Shown in pieces: positions 15,666-24,647 of a stretch of DNA of 33,479 nucleotides (position 1 is the first letter of the stretch; each line of letters starts with the position of its first letter). The notes under the pieces are model-generated. The model worked only from the letters and a program-made list of their open reading frames with translations. It ran no database searches and was not told where the DNA came from. Source of the DNA: a virus. The stretch is taken from the IMG/VR virus record IMGVR_UViG_3300029825_000030, positions 1-33,479 of that record, one strand, 5' to 3'. The position numbers were made by a program, and so were the translations under genes.

Positions 15666-16870
15666 TCCCCGCGGCCCTCCTCCTTCTCCCACTCATCGGG
15701 GCCCACGCCCAGGCGGTTCTGTGCCCACCTGCGGCTGACGACGGCGAAGGGATCCATCGGGGTGCTGGTCATCACCTTGTTCAGCATATCGGCGGTTTTG
15801 AGCTCATCATCTGGGGAGACGTCGTTGAACACGATCCAGACTGCACCGGGGCGACCGGTGATCCGGTCGATGAGCCCCCGGGAGTAGGTGCGGGCGACGC
15901 CGGCCTGGAGGGTGCTGATCTTGTCGAGGAACGTCTGCATCCGCACGGTGGCCGTGGCCTCGGTGGACCCCCGACCGAGCCCGAGCATCTCTTCCGGGAC
16001 CCCGAGAGCGCAGGCGGTCCGCTGCAGGGAGACGTTGCTGTAGGTGTCGACGTTCGCGACGCCGGTAGTGTCGAGCGGCACGATCTCAACGTCGTGTGTG
16101 GTGGCGAAGTCCGTCTTCGCATTGATCGTCTTGATCTCCTTCTCGACCGCTTTGAGGTCGACCTCGCTCGCCCGACGCTCGTCGTCGCCGACCTTCCACT
16201 GCTGCTTGGGCGTCCCGTGGCGGTGGATCGCCTTCGTCGTGCTCTCGATGATGTCGACGTCCCGCTCGATGTCGTCCTCGGCCCGCTCCCAGAGCGAGAG
16301 CCCGTAGACGTCGCCCGGGAGTTGATCGAGGACGAGGTTCAGGATCCGCTCCTTGTCGATCGGGGTGCCCTTGTCGCCGGTCTTCTCGTCGCCTACGAAC
16401 TGGCGGTATCCGGTGATCCGGCCGTATTCGTCCCACTCTTTCCGGAACGACGACGGGTCGCGAGTGACGACACCCCACACGTCGCCGGACCGGGTGAGGA
16501 CGATCTCCTGGTAGGCGTCGCCGGCGAGTTTCGCGGAGAGGATGGCTTGCTTCAGGATCTCGTCGAGATCGACATGCGGCTGGTCGAGCCACGCCTGCAC
16601 GCGGTCTTTCATCGGCTCGGCCCCTTTCTCGCAGGCGAGCTGCCAGCCGTTCGAGAGCGCGAACAGCCAGTATGCGTCGATGGCGTCGGCATACGGTCCG
16701 CCCCGGCGATACTTCTCCATCCAGCGCTTGATCTGTTTTCTGCGGTCGGTCTTGTCGCTCCACCCGATCCGGGCGTGCGGGTTGTCGTCGCTGCCGCCGC
16801 CGACGATCCGGGTCTGCGGGGCCGGTGCGGTCGGCGTGCTTGCGAATAGTCGTGTCAGTCGTTCGATCAT
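15662..16870 (-). CDS. Portal protein
   Basis: About 402 aa from MIERLTRLF (ATG 16868-16870, just after the TerL stop). It is immediately downstream of the large terminase, and size and pattern are typical of portals. Confidence 0.85.
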   Translation of the reverse strand: MIERLTRLFASTPTAPAPQTRIVGGGSDDNPHARIGWSDKTDRRKQIKRWMEKYRRGGPYADAIDAYWLFALSNGWQLACEKGAEPMKDRVQAWLDQPHVDLDEILKQAILSAKLAGDAYQEIVLTRSGDVWGVVTRDPSSFRKEWDEYGRITGYRQFVGDEKTGDKGTPIDKERILNLVLDQLPGDVYGLSLWERAEDDIERDVDIIESTTKAIHRHGTPKQQWKVGDDERRASEVDLKAVEKEIKTINAKTDFATTHDVEIVPLDTTGVANVDTYSNVSLQRTACALGVPEEMLGLGRGSTEATATVRMQTFLDKISTLQAGVARTYSRGLIDRITGRPGAVWIVFNDVSPDDELKTADMLNKVMTSTPMDPFAVVSRRWAQNRLGVGPDEWEKEEGRGE

Positions 16871-16874
16871 GGTC

Positions 16875-18167
16875 TCACCAGGTTCGGGTCGTCCCGCTGC
16901 CAATCAGGGCGCGGGCGCCGGGTATTCTGCCGGTCAGGTCCCAGGCGCCCCAGACCAGGGCGTCGAGCCGGTCGGGGCTATCAAAGTCGCCGCCGCCTTG
17001 CATCTGGGGCGCATAGCTGCACTGTTCGTCTTCCAGTTCGGGGAGTTCGCCGACATGGTGCCATTTCCCCTCTTCGTACAGGCCGGCGAGCGGTTCAGCC
17101 CGGACGATCTTGCCCCGGGTTGCGTGGACCTTGCGGAAGCGGATCGTCGGGTCGATCACCTTGATGTTCCGCTCCACGAGGTCACCGCCGTTGTTTACTT
17201 CCCCGATGACGGCGTCGGCCTGGAACTCATGATAGGCGTTAACCACGGCATTCCCCCATTCTGCCGGGCTGGCACGCTCCATCGTCCGGTCGGCGAGGAC
17301 GTAGCCGTGCCCCCGCTCGTCGAGCCCTTCAACGACGATGCCCGTCCGGTTACTCGTCGCCGTTGCCGTCACGGCGGGGTCGACGGCCACCACGATCCGG
17401 ACGAGGGCGGGAGCCCGGACCACCCGGGACATGGCGATCATGTTCCTGGTCCAGAGCGCCCCCTCGACATCGTCCAACCACTCGCCCTCTTTGAACCGGC
17501 GGCGTTTCCGTTCCGACAGAGCGCCGAGGACCGTCTCGATGTAGTCGTTGGGCAGGTTCTCGCGGTTACCGTCCGGGTTCATCTGCTGCTCGGCGTAGAG
17601 GTCCGGTCTAGGGTGGGCAGTCTTTGTCTCGGGGTTTATTTTCAAGAAGAAGTAGGAGTAGAGCCAGTGGCTCTTTGTCGGCGGGTTGCAGTCGAAATAG
17701 AACTTATTCTCCAGATCCGTCTTCTGAGCCAGCCGGGTCTCGGCGATAGAGACCGACGAGTAGGGTATCTGCGATGCCTCGTTGAAGTAGATGGTCGCAT
17801 ATTCTTTCCCGAGGACCTTCTCGGTCCGGTCTTTGTCATCCAGACCGGCAATCCAGATCTCCGAGCCGTTCGGGAACGTGATGAAATAATCTTCCCTGTT
17901 CCACTTGACCGGCACGCCCGGGAAGCAGAGTTTCAGGACGGCGGGCAGCGTCTCCATGAAGATCGACTGCTTGGCGTGATTGAACCGCAGCCGGAAGATG
18001 GCGTGCCGGCTGCCTGCGGCCTTCATGGCCCGGATGCAGATAGCCCGGACCAGGATGAACGTCTTGCCGCTACGGCTGCCCCCGTGCAGGAGGATCCACT
18101 TGTATACCCCTATCATCAGGGCGGTAGCCTTCCGCTGATCCTCGGTTTTCTTAAAGGGCTGCGTCAT
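16875..18167 (-). CDS. Terminase large subunit
   Basis: 430 aa with Walker A LLHGGSRSGKT, Walker B/coupling IYFNEAS and a C-terminal RNaseH-like nuclease region (VAVDPA...GIVVEG...). Confidence 0.9.
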   Translation of the reverse strand: MTQPFKKTEDQRKATALMIGVYKWILLHGGSRSGKTFILVRAICIRAMKAAGSRHAIFRLRFNHAKQSIFMETLPAVLKLCFPGVPVKWNREDYFITFPNGSEIWIAGLDDKDRTEKVLGKEYATIYFNEASQIPYSSVSIAETRLAQKTDLENKFYFDCNPPTKSHWLYSYFFLKINPETKTAHPRPDLYAEQQMNPDGNRENLPNDYIETVLGALSERKRRRFKEGEWLDDVEGALWTRNMIAMSRVVRAPALVRIVVAVDPAVTATATSNRTGIVVEGLDERGHGYVLADRTMERASPAEWGNAVVNAYHEFQADAVIGEVNNGGDLVERNIKVIDPTIRFRKVHATRGKIVRAEPLAGLYEEGKWHHVGELPELEDEQCSYAPQMQGGGDFDSPDRLDALVWGAWDLTGRIPGARALIGSGTTRTW

Positions 18168-18585
18168 CCTGGTCGATGTGGATCTCTATGGTGCCGCTGT
18201 GTTCGACGTCCTGCTTGTCCCGCCAGTTCGCCGCGTCCCGGTTGATCAGCCAGAGCCGGATCGCGCCCACATCGGGCAGGACTTCCTTCTCCCGCTCGAC
18301 GCGCTTCGTCACCTCGCCGTCCTCGAGCGTGACCTCGACCTCGGTGTAGCGGTAGCCGAGCGCGCGGCGGTAGAGCGAGAGTTCGACCCGGGAGTCGAGC
18401 AAGGCCTTCGTCTCAATCAGTGCTTTGGCAAACTCCGGGTGGCTCTTCTTCCACCGGTGCACGGTCCGGATGTCGACCCTGAACTCCTCGGCGACCTCCG
18501 CGTCGGTCAGCCCCGCTTTTGACCGGCCGGCCAGCCTCCGGACAATGTCCGGGACCCCATCGTGCCACTTCTCGCCGCCGGGCAT
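18151..18585 (-). CDS. Terminase small subunit (HTH)
   Basis: Start refined to the ATG at 18583-18585 (MPGGEKWHDG...). HTH segment: LTDAEVAEEFRVDIRTVHRWKKSHPEF. It lies directly upstream of TerL. Confidence 0.6.
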   Translation of the reverse strand: MPGGEKWHDGVPDIVRRLAGRSKAGLTDAEVAEEFRVDIRTVHRWKKSHPEFAKALIETKALLDSRVELSLYRRALGYRYTEVEVTLEDGEVTKRVEREKEVLPDVGAIRLWLINRDAANWRDKQDVEHSGTIEIHIDQDDAAL

Positions 18586-18587
18586 CG

Positions 18588-19016
18588 TCACCACCCCAGG
18601 AGGTGCGCTGCCAGCTCGAAACCGCCCGTTCTCCAGATGACTACCAGCGCGACGAGAATCCGGATCGTCCAGAACGCCGCGTAGTAGTAGTGGAACTCCT
18701 TCTCCACGTCCTGCTGGAGTTCCGGGGAGAAATCCTCGAGCCGGATCTCTGAGAATTTCATCGGCCGGAGCCGGGTGCAGGTGTGGATGAGGCCGATGCC
18801 GAGCGCGTGGATCTCCTCGTAGACGTTGCAGAACTCGGCGAGAAGAGATGGGGGAGCATCGCGGATATTGATCCACATCGAGTCATCTTCGCCGACGAGG
18901 TTGATCCGACACTCGCCGGTCTCGCGGCTGATCTCGCCCCCGGTCCGGACGTAGCCCTCCGCCCGGAGCAGGGCGATGATCCGTTCGGCGACCTGGCGCC
19001 GCTTGTCAAGGGCCAT
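18588..19016 (-). CDS. Hypothetical protein with a C-terminal hydrophobic segment (142 aa)
   Basis: ORF preceded by a TATA-like sequence (minus sense CCTATTTATCTATTCGGGGGG) about 30 nt upstream of the ATG. Confidence 0.55.
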   Translation of the reverse strand: MALDKRRQVAERIIALLRAEGYVRTGGEISRETGECRINLVGEDDSMWINIRDAPPSLLAEFCNVYEEIHALGIGLIHTCTRLRPMKFSEIRLEDFSPELQQDVEKEFHYYYAAFWTIRILVALVVIWRTGGFELAAHLLGW

Positions 19017-19061
19017 ACAATCAGGAGGGTATAGGCCCCCCGAATAGATAAATAGGTTAGA

Positions 19062-19238
19062 TTATGGCGTTTTCGCCACTTTCGCCGGTTTAACCAGTTT
19101 CGCCAGTTTCGCCTGCCGCCACTCGACGAGGACCTGGTGGACTACCTCCGCCCGAGTGAGGACCACCCCCGGCTCGAGGAGGTAACAGAGCCGGGCGATA
19201 TCGGCGGCGTCCTCGTGAGATATCTCAATCCGCGGCAT
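19062..19238 (-). CDS. Small protein with a Lys/Ala-rich tail (58 aa from MPRIEIS)
   Basis: ORF 19062-19268 in the track; I prefer the internal ATG at 19236-19238. The 9-nt periodic tttcgcc repeats at 19070-19115 encode KLAKLVKPAKVAK. Confidence 0.45.
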   Translation of the reverse strand: MPRIEISHEDAADIARLCYLLEPGVVLTRAEVVHQVLVEWRQAKLAKLVKPAKVAKTP

Positions 19239-19647
19239 GAGGGCTCGCCTCCTCTGCCAGGGCATCATAGACCTGCAACGCGGGTGCTGGCATCGGTCGG
19301 ATCTCCTCGGCGACGTAGCGGTAGACGGGCAGCCCGATGTCCCGGGCGAGGCGATATTCCTGGAGAGCCCCGGGGGACTTGGTCCACGACCCGACCATGC
19401 AGATCGCGTCGGCCCGGCGGAGGAGTTCGAGGTCGCCCTGGATCCACGTCTCGTAGGGGATGCCAGCGGCGTGCTCGAACCCGGAGCAGTTTTTATGCGG
19501 GCAGTGGACGGCCCACCCGTCCCGCCAGGCGACGAGGGCCGCCTCGGAGGCGAGGAGGATGTTCCGAGGGATGCCGTGCACCGGGTCGGGGTGCGAGAAG
19601 GGGCCGCTGATGTAGAGGACGCGGGGGCTGGGGGTGAGCGGGGTCAT
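19225..19647 (-). CDS. Nucleoside 2-deoxyribosyltransferase-like protein (DUF1937/DUF4406-type)
   Basis: The ATG at 19645-19647 overlaps the upstream stop (ATGA). Pattern: VLYISGPFSH...GDLELLRRADAICMVGSWTKSPGALQEYRLARDIGLPVY. This matches the family signature (YxxGP...D...L..cD.....gW..S.G...E...A...g.PV), judged from memory. Confidence 0.5.
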   Translation of the reverse strand: MTPLTPSPRVLYISGPFSHPDPVHGIPRNILLASEAALVAWRDGWAVHCPHKNCSGFEHAAGIPYETWIQGDLELLRRADAICMVGSWTKSPGALQEYRLARDIGLPVYRYVAEEIRPMPAPALQVYDALAEEASPHAAD

Positions 19648-19841
19648 GACGTCTCCTCGCGCGTGTCGGGCCATTGGTGTATCCTGTTGACTGTGATCTC
19701 CGCACAGTTGTCGAGTGTCAGCCCTGTCAGGTCTATCTCGTCTGCGTATGACTCGATCGTCAGGTATTTGATCGCGCCGGTCGGCGTGATCGTCATTCGA
19801 GTAATGAGCCCGTCCTTGATTTTCGGGAAATGGAATTTCAC
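19644..19841 (-). CDS. Hypothetical protein (65 aa)
   Basis: ORF with 4-nt overlaps on both sides. Confidence 0.5.
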   Translation of the reverse strand: MKFHFPKIKDGLITRMTITPTGAIKYLTIESYADEIDLTGLTLDNCAEITVNRIHQWPDTREETS

Positions 19842-20116
19842 GGCCGCTCGCCCCCCGTTAACCCTTCGGCGAGGTTCTCCCAGCGGCAGTCGTCGGTCGT
19901 GCTCCGTGCATAGCGTGGTGGGCCGTAGAGGTCGATGGATGCCTGCCGTGGGTCGCGCGAGAGGTTCCCGAGGAACTTCTCGACGTCCTCTTTTCGGATC
20001 CAGACTGAGAACTGCACTTCGTCGCCCCGATCGTTCACGTCCTCGGCGATGATCGAGACTCCGCCGACCAGGAACATCGCGTGCCCGAACTGTTCGCGGG
20101 CCTCCTGCCGGTTCAT
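19838..20116 (-). CDS. Hypothetical protein (92 aa from MNRQEAREQF)
   Basis: The ATG at 20114-20116 overlaps the upstream stop (ATGA). The longer track ORF would overlap the upstream gene. Confidence 0.5.
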   Translation of the reverse strand: MNRQEAREQFGHAMFLVGGVSIIAEDVNDRGDEVQFSVWIRKEDVEKFLGNLSRDPRQASIDLYGPPRYARSTTDDCRWENLAEGLTGGERP

Positions 20117-20400
20117 AGTTGGCCTCCGAGGATGTCCGTCCGGGCGACCGTGGCTTCGATCAACCCGCACCGGGTGCAGCGCAGAATGAAGACTCGGAGG
20201 ATGGTGACAGGATCCTCTCTTGCTTCGTACGGCGGTTCCAGGTGATAGAATACGGTCGAGCCGCACCGCTCGCACCTGAACCGGATGGAGTATGGCTCAT
20301 CCTCGTAACCCCCGTGGACCAGGAGGTTCGGGAGGGCGTCCCACCGGGAGATCATGACCGGCCCCCCGTCAGCCTCACAGTGACATTGTCCCGCATGCAT
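20113..20400 (-). CDS. Zinc-ribbon protein (95 aa from the ATG at 20398-20400; alternative start at 20355)
   Basis: CERCGS...CTRCG pair. The first 99 codons of the track ORF look non-coding (Pro/Arg/His-rich) and lie in the repeat-rich intergenic region. Confidence 0.5.
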   Translation of the reverse strand: MHAGQCHCEADGGPVMISRWDALPNLLVHGGYEDEPYSIRFRCERCGSTVFYHLEPPYEAREDPVTILRVFILRCTRCGLIEATVARTDILGGQL

Positions 20401-20417
20401 TGTCCCGGATTCGGCGA

Positions 20418-20480
20418 GGGGCGCGAGGGGCGGGGATGCTCTACCGGGATCAGGGATCGCCGGGAGAGGTCGGGGCGGGG
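20418..20480 (+). other. Cluster of eight G-runs (G3-G4) within 63 nt, a potential G-quadruplex on the plus strand
   Basis: G-runs at 20418-21, 20427-30, 20432-35, 20446-48, 20453-55, 20462-64, 20472-75 and 20477-80. One stretch, GGGatcaGGGatcgccGGGagaggtcGGGG, fits G3N1-7 x4. Confidence 0.4.
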
Positions 20481-20639
20481 TGACATACCGCCCGATGCAG
20501 AGTAGTCCCGGTGGCGCGCTATGGCGCAGGCCGAGGTGCTCGTGAGCGACCCGCCGCCCCGAGTAACACTTTCTCGATTTGTGATGGTGTCGAAGTGCCG
20601 GTCGACAGTGCAGAGGATACGCACTCAGATCGCCCCCGG

Positions 20640-20920
20640 TACGAGTGGGGTATTTAGGGCACATAGTTTCGTAACTTTTACTATACCCCCCCCACATGGG
20701 AAAATTACGATCCTATATGCCCTATATGCCCAAAACCCTCTCACGGGCACGAAGGGCACAAAATTCTGAAAACTTTTCCGAAACATGGAGTTTAGAAACT
20801 CCTGAAACCTCATACCCTTCGTGCCTTTTGGGGTATTTGGGGCACCAAATTTCAGAAAGTTTTTCAGACCTCTAACATCTGAAAAACTTTCTGTTTTTTC
20901 CTGCCCTTCCTGCCCTGCCG
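20640..20920. repeat. Iteron and inverted-repeat cluster in a lower-GC non-coding region; candidate replication origin and/or control region
   Basis: Near-identical 16-mers ggggtatttagggcac (20647-62) and ggggtatttggggcac (20830-45). Tandem cctatatgc x2 (20712-29). gggcac-gaa-gggcac at 20745-59. An 11-bp inverted repeat ggcacgaaggg (20747-57) / cccttcgtgcc (20815-25). An 11-bp inverted repeat cagaaagtttt (20853-63) / aaaactttctg (20883-93). Tandem ttcctgccc x2 (20898-915). The cluster lies directly 3' of the helicase gene. Confidence 0.55.
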
Positions 20921-20952
20921 AAAACCCCCGCCCAGGCCGGCGATAATCCATC

Positions 20953-23361
20953 TCAGAGACCTCCCTGTACCGATCCCGCTGTAGCATCTTCTTCCTCTTC
21001 GATAGCACTCTTTATGCGTATACCCGTCCAGCACATGGCCCCGCCGAGCTTCCTCTCACCGAACCCTCGCTCCCGGAGATACTTGATCACTGCCCGGTTG
21101 CTGACCGGTTTTTCGCCCTCGTCCTCGCACCACTTGAGGTAGATCTTATAGAGCACCGTCCGCTCGATCGTTCCCATCGGGTCCGTCTTCATCTCCTGCG
21201 CCAGGAACCGCCCGACCATATCACTCTCCGACCGGAACCGAGCCGTGGCCGCGAGCACCTTCTCCGGTGGCGCGAGACGGCAGTCGTTCTCCTGATACCG
21301 CCGGAGCCCTTCCAAGCACCAGTTCAGGATACCGGCTCCCTCCGCTTCCAGCCGTTCGAGGATGGCCGGGTCGCGCTTCCCCTCGGGGATAGTCACAGTG
21401 AAGGGCAGCAACCACAACCGCCGCCAGATCCCCTCGTCCGTGCCCCGGATGCGGGGCTCGTGATTCGTCGCGAGGAAGATCTTCGCCCCGGGCCGGAACT
21501 GGAACTCATTTTCATAGAGCCGCCGGACGGTGATCGCGTCGTCGCCGGTGATCTGCTTGACCACACTCTCTGCGAGGGATGCCCGGCTCTCCCCCTCTGA
21601 TGCCGTGACGAGCCGGGCGCCGTGCAGCCGCGCCAGGTCCGAGCGCGGGCCGTCGTTCCGGCGCACCATCAGGCTCTCGGCGGCGATATTGACTGCGTAA
21701 TCGCCCCATACTCGCGCCAGTGCCCCGATGGTAACGCTCTTACCGTTCTTCCCGATGCCGTAGAGGATCGCCATAATCTGCTCAGGGTTCTCCTGGAGCA
21801 GCGAATACCCACAGAGCTCCTGGAACCCCTCGATATAGGCTGTGTCCTCGCCGAACACTAGGTCTAGGTGCGCGAGCCACGTGGGGCACGCCGCCGCGGG
21901 ATCGTAGGCAACCCCGGCCTGCTTCGTCAGGAGATCCTCCCGCCGCGGCTGCCGGAACGTCAAGGTATCGAGCTCCAGCGTCCCGTTCCGACAGTTGAGC
22001 AACGTAGGATGTGCGTCGAACTCCTCCGGCGTCACCGCCACGGCAGGGCAGGCGCAGGTGATCATCGCCTTGAGCCGTGAGAGCATCCCCGACGAGAGCG
22101 CCCACTTCCCGACCTTCTCGCGCCGGTCGTCCGTGGTCGCGGACGCCTCGATGTGGATCGTCCTCGCGACCCGCTTGGCGAGCGCAAGCATCCGGCAGGT
22201 CTCGTCGCGCTCCCACCGCGAGCCGTCCCAGAGGTACCACGCATCAAATGTCTTGCAGAACCGGATCGAGTCCCGGTACTGCGCGACGAGCCGATCCCCG
22301 TTGCCGTCGTCGGTGCAGGGGTATTCCAGCCCGATCGCCGGCTCAGGGTCCGGGAGGCTTACTCCGACATCGATCGCCCACTGTGCGACCAGAGCGTCCC
22401 GCTGCCTCCGGATCCCATCCTGTTCGGCGGCATACGCCCGGAGAACCTTCTCGGACCGGGCCGCCTCCTTGAGCCCTGCCCGGACCGTCTCGACGGGCTG
22501 CTCGCAGAACCACGACGGGAACTTCGCACCGTAGTGCTCCAGGCGCTGAACGACCCTGGTGAACTCATCGGAGCCGGGCTCCAGCCGGTCGATCTCCGCG
22601 TCGGGGATGACCGGCTCGGTTACGGTAGATACTCTATCTCTACGTCCCAATTCGGGCGCGGCGTTGGCATCGCGCTCCACCGTTTCCGGAGGAGGACTGC
22701 GCCCAATCCTCGACGGATCCTGCGCAGTCTCAATCGCGATATCTCCGGCGGATACCACACTCGCCACACATTCCTCCGCCACCACGGGCGCCTCGCTCTG
22801 TACGTCGCCATTCAGATCAGTCCCTTCCGCCGCAGTCTCAGCCGGTGCCGCCTCCGGGCGTTCTCCCGGGCCAGTCTGCGGACCTTCGGCGTCCGCCTCC
22901 TGGGCTGCCATGGTAACCGCCGCATCCGGACCGCCATCAACGGTCGCCCCGTCGGGTAATACCGTCGCCGAAGCACCCGATACTTTGGATACCTCCGATA
23001 CCTCTCGATCATCACACAACATCTCCCATAACTGCCCTATCTGCCCTGCCGCGATCGACCCGGTCCTCCGGGCCTCGATCGCCGCCTGCACCTCCGGGGG
23101 CCACTGATCCGGGCGACCCCCATCGACCAGGACCTCAATCCCGTCCGCAGTCCGACGATCTCTCGGAGGTAGCCAGTCAGTCCGCAGCGGCACATATGCC
23201 ACGTCGTCCAGGAGGATCGTGATACCTGTCCACTCCTGGACTCGGGCGAGGATCTCCTGCCGCGCATGATAGGTGGCCGCCGGAAATGGTTTCTGCAGGA
23301 CCCCCCGGGCAGCATGGAACGACGATGACTTGCATGGAATTTTCAGAACGATAGAACTCAA
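20953..23361 (-). CDS. Replicative helicase/primase-like protein, D5_N plus P4/D5-family SF3 helicase domain
   Basis: 802 aa with Walker A LYGIGKNGKS, Walker B LVTASE and a P4-family C-terminal pattern (FRPGAKIFLATNHEPRIRGTDEGIWRRL). The N-terminal ~330 aa include a long acidic/Ala/Pro-rich, probably disordered stretch. No recognisable AEP or Toprim motif was seen. Confidence 0.85.
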   Translation of the reverse strand: MSSIVLKIPCKSSSFHAARGVLQKPFPAATYHARQEILARVQEWTGITILLDDVAYVPLRTDWLPPRDRRTADGIEVLVDGGRPDQWPPEVQAAIEARRTGSIAAGQIGQLWEMLCDDREVSEVSKVSGASATVLPDGATVDGGPDAAVTMAAQEADAEGPQTGPGERPEAAPAETAAEGTDLNGDVQSEAPVVAEECVASVVSAGDIAIETAQDPSRIGRSPPPETVERDANAAPELGRRDRVSTVTEPVIPDAEIDRLEPGSDEFTRVVQRLEHYGAKFPSWFCEQPVETVRAGLKEAARSEKVLRAYAAEQDGIRRQRDALVAQWAIDVGVSLPDPEPAIGLEYPCTDDGNGDRLVAQYRDSIRFCKTFDAWYLWDGSRWERDETCRMLALAKRVARTIHIEASATTDDRREKVGKWALSSGMLSRLKAMITCACPAVAVTPEEFDAHPTLLNCRNGTLELDTLTFRQPRREDLLTKQAGVAYDPAAACPTWLAHLDLVFGEDTAYIEGFQELCGYSLLQENPEQIMAILYGIGKNGKSVTIGALARVWGDYAVNIAAESLMVRRNDGPRSDLARLHGARLVTASEGESRASLAESVVKQITGDDAITVRRLYENEFQFRPGAKIFLATNHEPRIRGTDEGIWRRLWLLPFTVTIPEGKRDPAILERLEAEGAGILNWCLEGLRRYQENDCRLAPPEKVLAATARFRSESDMVGRFLAQEMKTDPMGTIERTVLYKIYLKWCEDEGEKPVSNRAVIKYLRERGFGERKLGGAMCWTGIRIKSAIEEEEDATAGSVQGGL

Positions 23362-23364
23362 ACG

Positions 23365-23766
23365 TTACCACCTCAAAATCTGCGCCTCGACACCCTCGTC
23401 CGGGATCGCGTGCATCCCGAGGAGCACGTCGCGCAGCGCCTCCCCGGTCGGCGGCTCGATGCCGTCGCGTCGGGCAAGATCGGCAAGCTCATCCTCTCCA
23501 AATGCGGGCCACGGTGGAAACGCCCCTCCACCGGGGGCCAATATGCAATCCGGATAGATGATTATCAGATACACCTCAGTTAATTCAAAATACGGCGTCC
23601 GGAACGACCCCGGCGACCGATACGAGCGACCCCTCCAGCCGTGGAACGATACCAGATCGCCCGGGCTGAACTTCCGCCCGGCCCGGATTGTCTGTCGGAT
23701 CGTGCCGTCGCAGACGCCGTCGATCTTCGGCGCGTAGGTCAGAGGTAGGTTCCACTTCCGTGTCAC
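23365..23766 (-). CDS. ASCH/PUA-like fold protein (tentative; 133 aa, GTG start)
   Basis: The GTG at 23764-23766 overlaps the radical SAM stop (GTGA). The pattern LPLTYAPKIDGVCDGTIRQTIRAGRKFSPGDLVSF resembles the ASCH N-terminal signature (G.K..E.R....k.GD). Confidence 0.4.
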   Translation of the reverse strand: MTRKWNLPLTYAPKIDGVCDGTIRQTIRAGRKFSPGDLVSFHGWRGRSYRSPGSFRTPYFELTEVYLIIIYPDCILAPGGGAFPPWPAFGEDELADLARRDGIEPPTGEALRDVLLGMHAIPDEGVEAQILRW

Positions 23767-24647
23767 GCGACCACCGCCTCGGGTGCGAATTCTGCGAGAT
23801 CGCACGACCAATAGATCTGCGGACGATTCAGCCGAGCGAGGCGTTTTGTCCACGCGGTGCGCCTGTACTGCATGATGAACACCCCCGCGCCGATCTCTCT
23901 CAGGATCTCACATCGGCGGTAATCCTCTTCGGGCGACGAATCGAACCCGACGAGGACGTAGATACTCACCTCGTGCCGGGTGCGGATCCCGGCGTCCTTG
24001 AGCATCTGGATGCCTCGCCTGATCGCTTCCTCATCTTGGATCCGGTCAAAGGCAAAGTGGAGCTGCCCCGACCACTCGAGGTCTGCGAGCCTCCCGGCGA
24101 TCTCCTCATCGAGGATACGGATGTCCATCCCCTGGATAGCATTGTACTTCAGGCCGTTTTCGAGGATGTAATCGGTATTCTCGAAAAACCATGCCTTATC
24201 TGCGTAGGCGTTGTTATCCAGGCAGATGACCGAATCGAACCGCTCATCGTGCCATTCACGGATGTGCTGCGCCCGGCGGAACCGCCCCTCCTTCGTCGGG
24301 GCGATGCAGAACGCGCACCTCCTGATACACCCTCGCGTCGTGAACCCGAGTGAGTAGGTGATGGCGGGATACAGGTCATAGTCAGGTTTCATCCGCTCGA
24401 TCTCGTCCGGCAAGGTCGCCGTGAGATCATATCCCGATCCCCCGGCCACGATCTCCGCGCCGGGGAACATGAACCGGAGTGCGGTCGCTTTCCATCGGTT
24501 CTGCGTGAACACGACTGATGCGACGACGCGATCGGGTTCGGTGACATCGAACCCGACCTCATCCCCGCGCGCCTTATAGTAGGCGCTGATCTTCATCAGG
24601 GCGAGGTTTGGGATCTTCGAATCCACATCTACGAGGCGGACTTTCAT
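23763..24647 (-). CDS. Radical SAM enzyme with a B12-binding-like N-terminal domain (class B-like)
   Basis: 294 aa with the CxxxCxxC cluster motif GCIRRCAFC. The N-terminus KIPNLALMKISAYYKARGDEV resembles the cobalamin-binding-domain region of class B rSAM enzymes. Confidence 0.75.
   Translation of the reverse strand: MKVRLVDVDSKIPNLALMKISAYYKARGDEVGFDVTEPDRVVASVVFTQNRWKATALRFMFPGAEIVAGGSGYDLTATLPDEIERMKPDYDLYPAITYSLGFTTRGCIRRCAFCIAPTKEGRFRRAQHIREWHDERFDSVICLDNNAYADKAWFFENTDYILENGLKYNAIQGMDIRILDEEIAGRLADLEWSGQLHFAFDRIQDEEAIRRGIQMLKDAGIRTRHEVSIYVLVGFDSSPEEDYRRCEILREIGAGVFIMQYRRTAWTKRLARLNRPQIYWSCDLAEFAPEAVVA

Noticed and set aside
19070-19115. A 9-nt periodic repeat (gtttcgcc-type units) that looks like an iteron array
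   Set aside because: It is in frame within ORF 19062-19268 and simply encodes a Lys/Ala-rich tail (KLAKLVKPAKVAK). No non-coding function needs to be invoked.
20625-21008. A 127-aa minus-strand ORF, together with the plus-strand ORF 20521-20769, in the region downstream of the helicase
   Set aside because: The composition is atypical for this genome. The ORFs are built from the tandem and inverted repeats themselves. They overlap the helicase 3' end and have no RBS or coupling. I interpret the region as non-coding origin/control DNA.
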